DNA of 64,000 bases. Source: Thermoproteota archaeon. GTDB taxonomy: Archaea; Korarchaeota; Korarchaeia; Korarchaeales; Korarchaeaceae. Made by a program: the position numbers and the translations under genes. Within the stretch, counting starts at the first letter, position 1; each line of letters opens with the position of its first letter. Below, piece after piece: positions 27,706 to 36,626 of the stretch. The stretch spans positions 379,344 through 443,343 of the forward strand of contig JAOZGC010000002.1 of the NCBI GenBank assembly GCA_027491915.1. Direction: 5' to 3'. The notes beneath the pieces are model-generated. The model saw nothing but the letters and a program-made list of their open reading frames with translations, did no database searches and was not told the origin of the DNA.

Positions 27706-29001
27706 ATGAGCTCGACCCAGTGGGCGGCGATAGCCCTCATCCTGTTCGTGGTGGGGGTGGGCATAGGCTACATGGCGGCCCCCAAGGGGGCCGCGCCGGC
27801 CCAGTGCCCCCCGTGCGAGTGCCCGCCGTGCCAGCCGCAGGCCGCCCCCCAGTATAAGGCGGCTTTCATATACATAGGGCCCATAGGGGACTACGGCTGG
27901 ACCCACGAGCACGAGATGGCCAGGAGGGCCGTCCAGGAGATGTTCCCGTGGCTCAACACCACCTACATAGAGTCCGTCCCCCCCGACCAGGCCGAGGGCA
28001 AGATGGAGGAGCTGATCTCCGAGGGGTACAACATCATATTCACCACCAGCTTCGACTACATGGATCCGACCATAAACGAGGCCAAGAAGCACTCTGACGT
28101 GTTCTTCTTCCACTGCTCCGGATACAAGCGCTGGAAGAACTCCGGCACCTACTTCGCGGACTTCTATCAGCTCTACTACCTAAACGGCCTCATGGCCGGC
28201 GCCCTGACCCGCACCGGGAAGGTCGGCTACGTGGCCGCCTTCACCATACCGGAGGTCGTCAGGCACATCAACGCCTTCGCCATAGGGGTCCACGAGGTCA
28301 ACCCGGACGCCGTGGTCCTGGTGAGGGAGATAGGGGCCTGGTACAACCCGGACCTGGCGGCGGACGCGGCCGAGTCCCTGATCTCAGAGGGAGTCGACGT
28401 CCTGGCCTTCACCGAGGACTCCCCGACCGTACTGCAGGTGGCCCAGCAGCACCACGACAGGGGTGAGAGGGTGCTGGCCTTCGGCCACTACAGCCCGATG
28501 AAGCAGTACGGGCCGGACGTGTGCGTCAGCGGTCAGATAGCGCACTGGGACAGGATACTGGAGGACATACTGGCCAAGATATACTCCGGAGTCTACACCA
28601 CCCAGAACCTGGAGAACGTCGACTACTGGTGGAAGCTAAAGGAGGGCGCCGTCGAGCTCGGGTGCGCCGACAACGAGCCCATCAACCCGATATTCATAGA
28701 CGAGCTCAGGCAGGTCCACGTCAACGAGACCGTCCTCCTTCCCAACGGGACGGTGCTGGAGAACCCCGACGTCTACAAGCTGGTCATGGCCAGGATGATA
28801 CAGATGGGCGTGGTCTGGCACCCGGACACCGGCACCTACACCTTCACCAACGACGAGTGCTTCGACCCGTTCACCGGTCCACTCTACGACAACCAGGGTC
28901 ACCTGATGGCCCCGGAGGGTCAGAGGCTCGGGCACGACGCCCTGTGGACCATGCAGTGGTGGTACCAGAACGTGCAGGGACCGCCCCTAGGGGGAGGATG
29001 A
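27706..29001 (+). CDS. BMP-family (PnrA-like) substrate-binding protein for nucleosides/nucleobases, N-terminally anchored, with a CPPCECPPC linker
   Basis: AAFIYIGPIGDYGWTHEHE, GYNIIFTTSFDY, VGYVAAFTIPEVVRHINAFAIG and REIGAWYNPD are typical of basic-membrane-protein-family binding proteins. N-terminal TM segment WAAIALILFVVGVGIGYM. Confidence 0.85.
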   Translation: MSSTQWAAIALILFVVGVGIGYMAAPKGAAPAQCPPCECPPCQPQAAPQYKAAFIYIGPIGDYGWTHEHEMARRAVQEMFPWLNTTYIESVPPDQAEGKMEELISEGYNIIFTTSFDYMDPTINEAKKHSDVFFFHCSGYKRWKNSGTYFADFYQLYYLNGLMAGALTRTGKVGYVAAFTIPEVVRHINAFAIGVHEVNPDAVVLVREIGAWYNPDLAADAAESLISEGVDVLAFTEDSPTVLQVAQQHHDRGERVLAFGHYSPMKQYGPDVCVSGQIAHWDRILEDILAKIYSGVYTTQNLENVDYWWKLKEGAVELGCADNEPINPIFIDELRQVHVNETVLLPNGTVLENPDVYKLVMARMIQMGVVWHPDTGTYTFTNDECFDPFTGPLYDNQGHLMAPEGQRLGHDALWTMQWWYQNVQGPPLGGG

Positions 29002-29021
29002 CCTACCCTCCCCTCCCTCCC

Positions 29022-29027
29022 TTTTTT
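29022..29027 (+). terminator. Oligo-T tract (T6) 20 nt after the binding-protein stop
   Basis: cccttttttgg read directly. Archaeal terminators are commonly oligo-T. Confidence 0.35.
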
Positions 29028-29196
29028 GGTTAACACGTTATCCGCTTCGGAGTTCGATCCCCTCGAGCGACCCCTCTCGGCCTCAAGTTAGACCTGAGAA
29101 CCTTGGTAGGTCTGAATTCGTTGATCCGGAAAGTTTTATTTGAACCGCCCTCGCATTCTGCGGTTTCCGCCCGATCAGACCGAGCGGGGTGTCCGG

Positions 29197-29694
29197 ATGC
29201 CTGCTGTCGATAGGATACTCGTGGTCGATCCCGAGAGGTGCACGGGGTGCAGGATCTGCGAGGCGGCCTGCTCCTACCAGCACTACGGGGAGTTCAACCC
29301 CCGCAGGTCCTACATCACCGTGCTGAAGAGGGAGTCCGACGGTCTCTTCGTCCCCATGGTCTGCCAGCACTGCGCCAAGCCGCTCTGCGTGGAGGCCTGC
29401 CCGACGGGGGCCCTCTACCAGTATGGGAGCGCCGTCTTCCTGGACAAGTCGAAGTGCATAGAGTGCAGGCAGTGCGTCAACGCCTGCCCCTTCGGGGGGG
29501 TGGGCATAGACCCCGTCACCTTGCAGGTGGTGAAGTGCGACCTCTGCGGCGGGGACCCCCAGTGCGCCAGGAGGTGCCCCACCGGGGCGATATCCTACGT
29601 CAGGGCCGACCTGGTAGGGTACCGCAGGAAGCTCGAGGGGGCCGAGCGCCTGTCGAGGCTGACGAGCCTGATAGTCCCCTCGGGAGGTGGGTGA
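29197..29694 (+). CDS. Four-cluster [4Fe-4S] ferredoxin-type electron-transfer subunit (DmsB/NrfC/AorA-like), partner of AOR-2
   Basis: 16 Cys in four motifs: CTGCRICEAAC, CQHCAKPLCVEACP, CIECRQCVNACP, CDLCGGDPQCARRCP. The stop overlaps the AOR-2 GTG by 8 nt. Confidence 0.9.
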   Translation: MPAVDRILVVDPERCTGCRICEAACSYQHYGEFNPRRSYITVLKRESDGLFVPMVCQHCAKPLCVEACPTGALYQYGSAVFLDKSKCIECRQCVNACPFGGVGIDPVTLQVVKCDLCGGDPQCARRCPTGAISYVRADLVGYRRKLEGAERLSRLTSLIVPSGGG

Positions 29695-31597
29695 GTTGAG
29701 GTACGGGGGGTACGCCGGCAGGTACATCAGGGTCGACCTGAGCAGCGGCTCCATCGGGGTGCTGGAGACCCCGGAGTCCCTGGCCAGGGACTACGTGGGC
29801 GGCCTGGGTTTCGGGGTGAGGCTGCTCTGGGACGAGGTGGACGAGCGGACCGACCCCCTGGGGCCGGACAACAGGCTGGTTATAGCCACCGGCCCGCTCA
29901 CTGGAACCCTCTTCCCGGCCGCCGGGCGCTACCAGATGGCGGCCAAGTCCCCCCTAACCGGCATCTGGGGGCAGTCCAACTCCGGCGGGTTCTTCGGCCC
30001 GGAGCTGAAGTTCGCGGGGTACGACATGGTGGTGATCCAGGGCAGGTCCGAGAGGCCTGTCTACCTGGTGATAGACGACGACGAGGTCAGGCTGGCCGAC
30101 GCGTCCCACGTCTGGGGCAAGACCACCTTCGAGACCACGGACATCGTCAGGGAGGACCTGGGAGACGAGACCTTCAAGGTGATGGCCATAGGTCCGGCGG
30201 GCGAGAACCTGGTCAGATTCGCGGCCGTCATAAACGACGCCGGCAACGCCGGCGGCAGGACCGGCATGGGGGCCGTGATGGGATCCAAGAAGCTCAAGGC
30301 CATAGCAGTCAGGGGGTCGAGGGGGGTCAGGGTGGCCGACGACGGGGCCTTCATGGAGGTGGTGGACGAGGCCTACGAGAAGCTCCAGGTCGAGTGGGGG
30401 GAGGCGGTTAGGGAGACCCTGACTAAGTACGGCACCCCAAACCTGGTGGAGGCCATAAACGCCATAGGCAGGATGCCCGTCAAGAACCACTGGACGGGGT
30501 ACTGGGAGAGGGCCGACGAGATAGGCGGGGTGGCCATAAGGGAGAGGTACAGGGTCAAGCAGGGGTCCTGCTACGGATGCCTGGTCCAGTGCAAGTACTA
30601 CGTGGAGGTCAGGGAGGGACCCTTCGCCGGCAGGTACAAGGGACCCGAGTACGAGGCCATAGTCTCGTTCGGCTCGTCCCTCCTGATAGACGACCTGCCG
30701 GCCATATTCCGCGCCAACCACCTGGCCGACGCCCTCGGGATGGACTCAATATCCCTGGGGATGACCATAGCCTGGGCCATGGAGTCCTGGGAGAGGGGCC
30801 TCCTGACGGCGGAGGACACCGGCGGTCTGGACCTCTCGTGGGGGAACGCGGACTCGGTGATCGAGCTCATCGAGAAGACGGCCTACAGGGAGGGATTCGG
30901 CGGCGTCATAGCGGAGGGAAGCAGGAGGGCCTCCCAGATCATAGGTAGGGGAACCGAGAAGTACGCCATGCACGTGAAGGGGCTCGAGATATCGGCGCAG
31001 GACGGCAGGGCCCACCAGAGCTCCGGCCTGACCCACGCCACCGCCGCCAGGGGGGCGGACCACCTGACCTCCCTGTCCTGCCTGGAGGAGAGGGGGTACG
31101 AGCGGGTGGCCGCCGAGAGGTACGGGGAGGACAAGGTCCGGGAGCTGACCGATCCCCTGGAGACCAAATACAAGGGGTGGCTGGTCAAGGACCTGGAGGA
31201 CCTGTACGCCATGGGGAACTCCCTCATAATCTGCTGGTACGAGGTGGGCTGGCCCCCGGTCTTCTACTTCGACGACATGGCCAGGGCCCTGGCCGCGGCC
31301 ACCGGGATGGAGGAGTACCGAGATCCAAGGGCGATAAGGATAGCCGCCGAGAGGATAGTCACCCTGAGGAGGATGTTCAACGTGAGGGAGGGACTCAGGA
31401 GGAAGGACGACACCCTGCCCGAGAGGTTCCTCAGGGAGCCCATGCCGACGGGCCCGGCCAGGGGGAACGTGTGCAGGCTGGACGAGATGCTCGACGACTA
31501 CTACAGGGCCAGGGGCTGCGATCCGGAGACCGGCGTGCCCACCGACGAAACCCTGAGGAGGCTGGGGCTGGGAGACCTGGCCGGGAGGTGGAGGTGA
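29687..31597 (+). CDS. AOR-family tungstoenzyme, paralogue 2
   Basis: YGGYAGRYIRVDLSSG, GRTGMGAVMGSKKLKA, SCYGCLVQCK (CX2CX3C), GPEYEA, DDTLPERFLREPMPTGPARG. GTG 29687 (alternative TTG 29696). Confidence 0.93.
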   Translation: MGELRYGGYAGRYIRVDLSSGSIGVLETPESLARDYVGGLGFGVRLLWDEVDERTDPLGPDNRLVIATGPLTGTLFPAAGRYQMAAKSPLTGIWGQSNSGGFFGPELKFAGYDMVVIQGRSERPVYLVIDDDEVRLADASHVWGKTTFETTDIVREDLGDETFKVMAIGPAGENLVRFAAVINDAGNAGGRTGMGAVMGSKKLKAIAVRGSRGVRVADDGAFMEVVDEAYEKLQVEWGEAVRETLTKYGTPNLVEAINAIGRMPVKNHWTGYWERADEIGGVAIRERYRVKQGSCYGCLVQCKYYVEVREGPFAGRYKGPEYEAIVSFGSSLLIDDLPAIFRANHLADALGMDSISLGMTIAWAMESWERGLLTAEDTGGLDLSWGNADSVIELIEKTAYREGFGGVIAEGSRRASQIIGRGTEKYAMHVKGLEISAQDGRAHQSSGLTHATAARGADHLTSLSCLEERGYERVAAERYGEDKVRELTDPLETKYKGWLVKDLEDLYAMGNSLIICWYEVGWPPVFYFDDMARALAAATGMEEYRDPRAIRIAAERIVTLRRMFNVREGLRRKDDTLPERFLREPMPTGPARGNVCRLDEMLDDYYRARGCDPETGVPTDETLRRLGLGDLAGRWR

Positions 31598-31602
31598 TCC
31601 GG

Positions 31603-32787
31603 ATGGCCGATCTGTCGGTCGAGGTGGCCGGGATAAGGTTCAGGAACCCCGTCCTGACGGCGGCCGGGCCGCCGAGCCAGAACGGCTCGGCCCTCCTGGC
31701 GGCGGCCAGGGCGGGGGCCGGCGGGCTGGTGGCCAAGACCATCAGCGTGGAGCCCGCGAAGGTCCCCAGGCCGACCATGGCCGCGCTGGACAGGGGGATG
31801 ACCGACTTCTCCATCTACTACGCCCTTGGGGGCAGGATCGTCCGGAGGACCAGGACGAAGATGTTCACCCCGAGGGGTCTGCTGAACATAGAGCTGTGGT
31901 CCGACCTGCCCTACCAGAGGTGGCTGGACGTGGAGTACAAGGTGGCCAAGAGCTCCGGCCTCCCACTGATAGCCAGCGTAGGCTACACCGCCGACGACCT
32001 GAGGTTCCTCGGCCCCAAGGTCCAGGAGGCCGGGGTAGACGGCATAGAGTTCTCCCTCCACTACGTCGGCATAGACTACAAGCCCCTCCTGGAGATAGCC
32101 AAGGCACTGAGGGAGTCGGTGGACGTCCCGATATTCGCCAAGCTCAGCCCCCACATCCTGGGACTCACGGAGTTCGCCAAGGAGCTGGAGAGGATAGGCG
32201 TGGACGGGATAGTGGCCGTGAACTCCCTCGGCCCCACCCTGATGATAGACATAGAGACCGGGAGACCGCTCCTCGGCGGGAAGATGGGTGAGGGGTGGCT
32301 CTCCGGCCCGGCGATAAAGCCGCTGGCCCTCAGGGTGGTGGCGGAGGTGGCCAAGAACACGAGCCTCCCCGTCATAGGGGTCGGGGGAGTGACCTCCGGG
32401 GCGGACGCCATAGAGTTCTTCATGGCTGGGGCGTCGGCGGTGGAGATATGCACGGGCGCCATACTGGAGGGCCCGGGTATATACGGGCGGGTGGCCAGGG
32501 AGATAGGGGAGTGGCTCGACGAGCACGGGTACGACTCGGTGGAGGACGTGCGGGGGATGGCGCTTAAGTACCTGCCGGAGGACTACCAGTACGAGGTAAG
32601 GAACCCGGGGGTAGATCCGGACCTCTGCACGGCCTGCGGCCTGTGCGAGGAGGTCTGCCGCTACGACGCGATAAAGGTGGTCGAGGTGGACGGAAGGAAG
32701 ACCGCCTCCGTCAACCAGTACGCCTGCTACGGCTGCGGGCTGTGCACGACCGTCTGCCCCACGAGGGCGGTCAGGTTCGTGGACTGA
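31603..32787 (+). CDS. Dihydroorotate/dihydropyrimidine dehydrogenase-family flavoprotein with C-terminal 2x[4Fe-4S] ferredoxin domain (PreA-like), divergent active-site loop
   Basis: IFAKLSP, GIVAVNSLGPT, GWLSGPAIKPLALR and PVIGVGGVTSGADAIEFFMAGASAVEICTG form the DHO_dh barrel. The C-terminus has CTACGLCEEVC and CYGCGLCTTVCP. Where NLSCPN/H is expected, the sequence reads EFSLHYVG. Confidence 0.8.
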   Translation: MADLSVEVAGIRFRNPVLTAAGPPSQNGSALLAAARAGAGGLVAKTISVEPAKVPRPTMAALDRGMTDFSIYYALGGRIVRRTRTKMFTPRGLLNIELWSDLPYQRWLDVEYKVAKSSGLPLIASVGYTADDLRFLGPKVQEAGVDGIEFSLHYVGIDYKPLLEIAKALRESVDVPIFAKLSPHILGLTEFAKELERIGVDGIVAVNSLGPTLMIDIETGRPLLGGKMGEGWLSGPAIKPLALRVVAEVAKNTSLPVIGVGGVTSGADAIEFFMAGASAVEICTGAILEGPGIYGRVAREIGEWLDEHGYDSVEDVRGMALKYLPEDYQYEVRNPGVDPDLCTACGLCEEVCRYDAIKVVEVDGRKTASVNQYACYGCGLCTTVCPTRAVRFVD

Positions 32788-32823
32788 TGGTTTGGATAGG
32801 TCGGTTCGGGTGGTGTGGTGAGT

Positions 32824-33327
32824 ATGGCGGAGCAGAGGGTCCTTCTGGTCAGCCCTGAGCTCTGCACCGGGTGCAGGCTCTGCGAGCTGGCCTGCTCCTT
32901 CCAACACTTCCGGGAGTTCGCCCCCTCCAGGTCCAGGATAACCGTGGTCCGCAAGGAGGAGGAGGGCCTGGACATACCCGTGGTGTGTCTCCAGTGCGAG
33001 GACGCCCCCTGCGTGGCGGCCTGCCCGACGGGCGCCCTCTGGAAGGAAGATGAGAGCGGCCTCGTGGCCTACGACTTCGACAGGTGCATAGGGTGCAAGG
33101 TCTGCATAACCGCCTGCCCCTTCGGAGGGATAGGGTGGGATCCGAAGAGCGGCAGCGTCATAAAGTGCGACTGGTGCGGCGGGGATCCCCAGTGCGCCAG
33201 GATATGCCCCACCGGGGCGATAAAGTGGGTGAGGGCCGAGGAGGCCGACGCGACCAAGAGGGACAGGGTGGCCAGGAGGTTCGAGGAGGTATCTCGACTC
33301 ATAACGGCCGCCAGGGGGGGTGTCTGA
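32824..33327 (+). CDS. Four-cluster [4Fe-4S] ferredoxin-type subunit, partner of AOR-3 (paralogue of 29197..29694)
   Basis: CTGCRLCELAC, CLQCEDAPCVAACP, CIGCKVCITACP, CDWCGGDPQCARICP. ATG 32824 is preferred (GTG alternatives at 32815 and 32818). The stop overlaps the AOR-3 GTG by 8 nt. Confidence 0.9.
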   Translation: MAEQRVLLVSPELCTGCRLCELACSFQHFREFAPSRSRITVVRKEEEGLDIPVVCLQCEDAPCVAACPTGALWKEDESGLVAYDFDRCIGCKVCITACPFGGIGWDPKSGSVIKCDWCGGDPQCARICPTGAIKWVRAEEADATKRDRVARRFEEVSRLITAARGGV

Positions 33328-35266
33328 GCTGTCCCGCCCCTACGGGGGATACGCCGGTAGGATACTGAGGGTCGACCTGTCCTCCGGCAGGGTGTCTACC
33401 CAGGACCTCCCCAGGGACTGGGCCAGGCTCTTCATAGGGGGGAGCGGCCTGGCGGCCAGGATCCTCTGGGAGGAGGTCGGCCCGGGGACGGATCCGCTGG
33501 GCCCTGACAACAGGCTCATAGTGGCGACGGGGCCCGTTACCGGAACCGCCTGGCACACCTCGGGCAGGTCCGTCATGGTCTCCAAGTCCCCCCTCACCGG
33601 AATATGGGCGGAGTCCCACTTCGGGGGCCACTTCGGACCGGAGCTGAAGTACGCCGGGTTCGACGCCCTGGTGGTGAGCGGTAGATCCCCCAGGCCCGTT
33701 TACCTCTGGGTTCACGACGGGACCGCGGAGATAAGGGACGCGTCCGACATGTGGGGCATGGACACCTACGAGACCACCGCGGCCGTCAGGGACGACGTGG
33801 GATACCCGGCGGCCAAGGTCCTCTCCATAGGCCCCGCCGGGGAGAACCTGGTCAAGTACGCGGCCGTGATCACCAACTCCCACGACGCCGCCGGCCGGAC
33901 CGGCATGGGGGCCGTGATGGGATCCAAGAAGCTCAAGGCCGTGGCGGTCAGGGGGTTCGGGTCGGTCAGGGTGGCTGACCCGGACAGGTTCTACGAGCTC
34001 GCCCTGGAGGCCAGGGACAGGGTCCTGGGCAGCGACCAGGCCATGGAGCTCAGGAGGTACGGCACCGCCATGCTGGTCGAGGTGAAGCAGGCCATCGGAG
34101 AGCTCCCGACCTACAACCACAGGAGCGGCGTCTTCGAGGGGTTCGAGACCATAGGGAGCCACCACATAAGGAAGAACTACTGGGTGGCGACCAAGGCGTG
34201 CTTCGCGTGCAGCCTGGCCTGCAAGAAGAAGAACCTCGTCAGGGGAGGGGAGTTCCGCGGCCTGTTCTCGGGGGGACCGGAGTACGAGGGTCTCTACGCC
34301 TTCGGGAGCAACTGCGGCGTGGACTACTTCCCGGCCGTGTTGAAGATGAACTGGCTCTGCAACAGATACGGCATAGACGTGATATCGGCCGGGGTGTCCA
34401 TGTCGTTCCTGATGGAGCTCAGGGAGAGGGGGATCATCGGGGAAGACCTGCTGGGCGGCGTGGACCTCAGGTGGGGGAACCACGAGGCCATGATAGAGGC
34501 CCTGGAGCTGATAGCCAGGAGGGAGGGGGTCGGAGACCTCCTGGCAGAGGGGGTCCGGGAGATGGCCCGCCGGATAGGGGGAGAGGCGGAGAGGTACGCG
34601 ATGCACGTCAAGGGGCTCGAGATATCCGGTCAGGATGGGAGGACCCACAGGTCCGCCGGGCTGACCCACGCGGTGGCCGCCAGGGGGGCGGACCACATGA
34701 GGGGACTCGTGACGGTCGACCAGCTCGCCTACAGGGACGTGGCTGCCGAGAGGTTCGGCGAGGACAAGGCCGACAGGGTGGTGGACGGATACTCCGAGGA
34801 CTACAAGGCCCTGGCCGTCAAGATGCACGAGGACGCCTACGCCGTCAGGGACTCCCTCATAGTCTGCTGGTACTCGGTGGGCTGGCCTCCCCTTTTCTGG
34901 GTGGACGACTTCTCCAGGGTCCTGAGCGCCGTCACCGGGGAGGAGTCGTGGTCCGACGTCGGGGAGGTCTGGCTGGCCGGGGAGAGGATAGTGAACCTGA
35001 AGAGGGCCTTCAACGTCAGGGAGGGGATAACCAGGAGGGACGACACCCTGCCCGAGAGGTTCACGAGGGAGCCCATGCCGGAGGGCCCGGGCAGGGGCCA
35101 GGTGGTTGACCTGGAGAGGATGCTGGACGAGTACTACGAGCTGAGGGGATGGGACTTGGAGACCGGCTTCCCCACCAGGGAGAGGCTGGAGGAGCTCGGC
35201 CTGTCTGACGTGGCCGAGGAGCTGGCCGGCGCGGGGAAGCTGGCCCGGGGAGGAGGGGGGTCCTAG
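33320..35266 (+). CDS. AOR-family tungstoenzyme, paralogue 3
   Basis: YGGYAGRILRVDLSSG, GRTGMGAVMGSKKLKA, ACFACSLACK (CX2CX3C), GPEYEG, DDTLPERFTREPMPEGPGRG. Confidence 0.93.
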   Translation: MSELSRPYGGYAGRILRVDLSSGRVSTQDLPRDWARLFIGGSGLAARILWEEVGPGTDPLGPDNRLIVATGPVTGTAWHTSGRSVMVSKSPLTGIWAESHFGGHFGPELKYAGFDALVVSGRSPRPVYLWVHDGTAEIRDASDMWGMDTYETTAAVRDDVGYPAAKVLSIGPAGENLVKYAAVITNSHDAAGRTGMGAVMGSKKLKAVAVRGFGSVRVADPDRFYELALEARDRVLGSDQAMELRRYGTAMLVEVKQAIGELPTYNHRSGVFEGFETIGSHHIRKNYWVATKACFACSLACKKKNLVRGGEFRGLFSGGPEYEGLYAFGSNCGVDYFPAVLKMNWLCNRYGIDVISAGVSMSFLMELRERGIIGEDLLGGVDLRWGNHEAMIEALELIARREGVGDLLAEGVREMARRIGGEAERYAMHVKGLEISGQDGRTHRSAGLTHAVAARGADHMRGLVTVDQLAYRDVAAERFGEDKADRVVDGYSEDYKALAVKMHEDAYAVRDSLIVCWYSVGWPPLFWVDDFSRVLSAVTGEESWSDVGEVWLAGERIVNLKRAFNVREGITRRDDTLPERFTREPMPEGPGRGQVVDLERMLDEYYELRGWDLETGFPTRERLEELGLSDVAEELAGAGKLARGGGGS

Positions 35267-35282
35267 AACGACGGCGGACCTG

Positions 35283-36626
35283 GTGATCAAGGGCGCCACC
35301 CTGCTGACGGACTCCCTCATGCTGGGGGGGGCCGGGGTGGCGGTCGAGGCCGGAAGGGTGACGGCGGTCGCCCTGGACCCCCACCTCCCCGACGCCTCCG
35401 AGGTCGTGGACGCCGGCGGCCAGCTCCTGATGCCGGGCGGGGTGGACTGCCACGCCCACGTGTACGACCCCGACTACACCCACAGGGAGGACTGGGCCTC
35501 CGGCTCCGCCGCCGCGGCGGCCGGCGGGGTGACCACCCTGATAGACATGCCCCTGGTCCTGACCGTCATGCCGGAGCTGGCCAGGGAGAAGATCCAGGTC
35601 GGGGAGAGGGACTCCATGGTGGACTTCTCCCTCCACGCCGGCATGATGGAGACCGAGGAGCACCTACGCAGGATGCCCGAGCTCGTCGAGATGGGAATAA
35701 GGTCGTTCAAGGCCTTCACCACGGCCCCCTTCAGGGTGGGCTACGACTACATAGAGAGGCTGGCCGCCAGGGCCAGGGACCTGGGAGGGGTGGTCACGGT
35801 CCACTCGGAGGACGACGCCGTGATAAGGGAGGCCGAGAGGGAGGTCAGGGAGGTGAAGGGCAGGAGGGACCCCCTGGCCCACCACGACTCCAGGCCCCCC
35901 GAGGCCGAGGCGGCAGCCGTGGCCAGGCTGGTGGCGGCGGCCAGGGCGACCGGGGGGAGGATCCACGTGGCCCACATGACCACGGCCCAGGGGGTGGGGG
36001 AGGTGGCGGCCGCCAAGTCCGAGGGGCTGAGGGTCACCGCCGAGACCTGCCTCCACTACCTGGTGTTCACCAAGGCCGACGTGGAGAGGTGGGGCCCGTA
36101 CCTGAAGATGACCCCTCCCCTCAGGACTTCCTACCACGTCGAGGCCCTCTGGAGGGGGATAGCCTCCGGGGCCGTGGACGCCGTGGCCACGGACCACGCC
36201 CCGGGGACCAGGGAGGAGAAGGAGGTCGGCTGGGAGGACATATGGAGGGCCTGGGGCGGGATACCCGGGGTGGAGACCCTGGTCCCCGTCACCCTCAGCG
36301 AGGGGGTCTGGCGCAGGGGGCTGGACCCCAGGAGGGTGTGCAGGGTGCTGTGCCGGGGGCCGGCGGAGGCCTTCGGCCTCTACCCGAGGAAGGGTTCCCT
36401 GGCCCCCGGGTCGGACGCCGACCTGGTGCTGTTCGATCGGAAGGTTGAGAGGGTCGTCCGGGCGGCGGACCTCCACTACAAGGTGGGGTGGACCCCCTAC
36501 GACGGGATCCTGGTCAGGGGCTGGCCCTCCAGGGTCTACGTGAGGGGGGAGCTGGTCGCCCTCGAGGGGGAGCCCGTCGGCCGACGGGGGCACGGGAGGT
36601 TCGTGCCCATGGGGGAGGTGTCGTGA
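35283..36626 (+). CDS. Cyclic amidohydrolase (dihydroorotase/allantoinase/dihydropyrimidinase-hydantoinase superfamily)
   Basis: Metal ligand contexts: GGVDCHAHV (HxH), SFKAF (candidate carbamylated Lys), VHSED, HVAHMTT, ATDHAPGTREEK, SDADLVLFD. GTG start. Confidence 0.85.
   Translation: MIKGATLLTDSLMLGGAGVAVEAGRVTAVALDPHLPDASEVVDAGGQLLMPGGVDCHAHVYDPDYTHREDWASGSAAAAAGGVTTLIDMPLVLTVMPELAREKIQVGERDSMVDFSLHAGMMETEEHLRRMPELVEMGIRSFKAFTTAPFRVGYDYIERLAARARDLGGVVTVHSEDDAVIREAEREVREVKGRRDPLAHHDSRPPEAEAAAVARLVAAARATGGRIHVAHMTTAQGVGEVAAAKSEGLRVTAETCLHYLVFTKADVERWGPYLKMTPPLRTSYHVEALWRGIASGAVDAVATDHAPGTREEKEVGWEDIWRAWGGIPGVETLVPVTLSEGVWRRGLDPRRVCRVLCRGPAEAFGLYPRKGSLAPGSDADLVLFDRKVERVVRAADLHYKVGWTPYDGILVRGWPSRVYVRGELVALEGEPVGRRGHGRFVPMGEVS

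Noticed and set aside
29055-29090. ggagttcgatcccctcgagcgac resembles a tRNA T-arm/acceptor 3' half (a possible integration-site remnant)
   Set aside because: The flanks of TTCGATC cannot form a 5-bp T-stem, no upstream D or anticodon arms exist, and no integrase or direct repeat is nearby.
35283-36626. Calling the amidohydrolase specifically dihydroorotase (pyrC), and 31603..32787 specifically pyrD
   Set aside because: The motifs are compatible with several cyclic amidohydrolase subfamilies. The flavoprotein has a PreA-type ferredoxin tail and an atypical active-site loop, and the operon context argues against simple biosynthetic roles. Both are left at family level.
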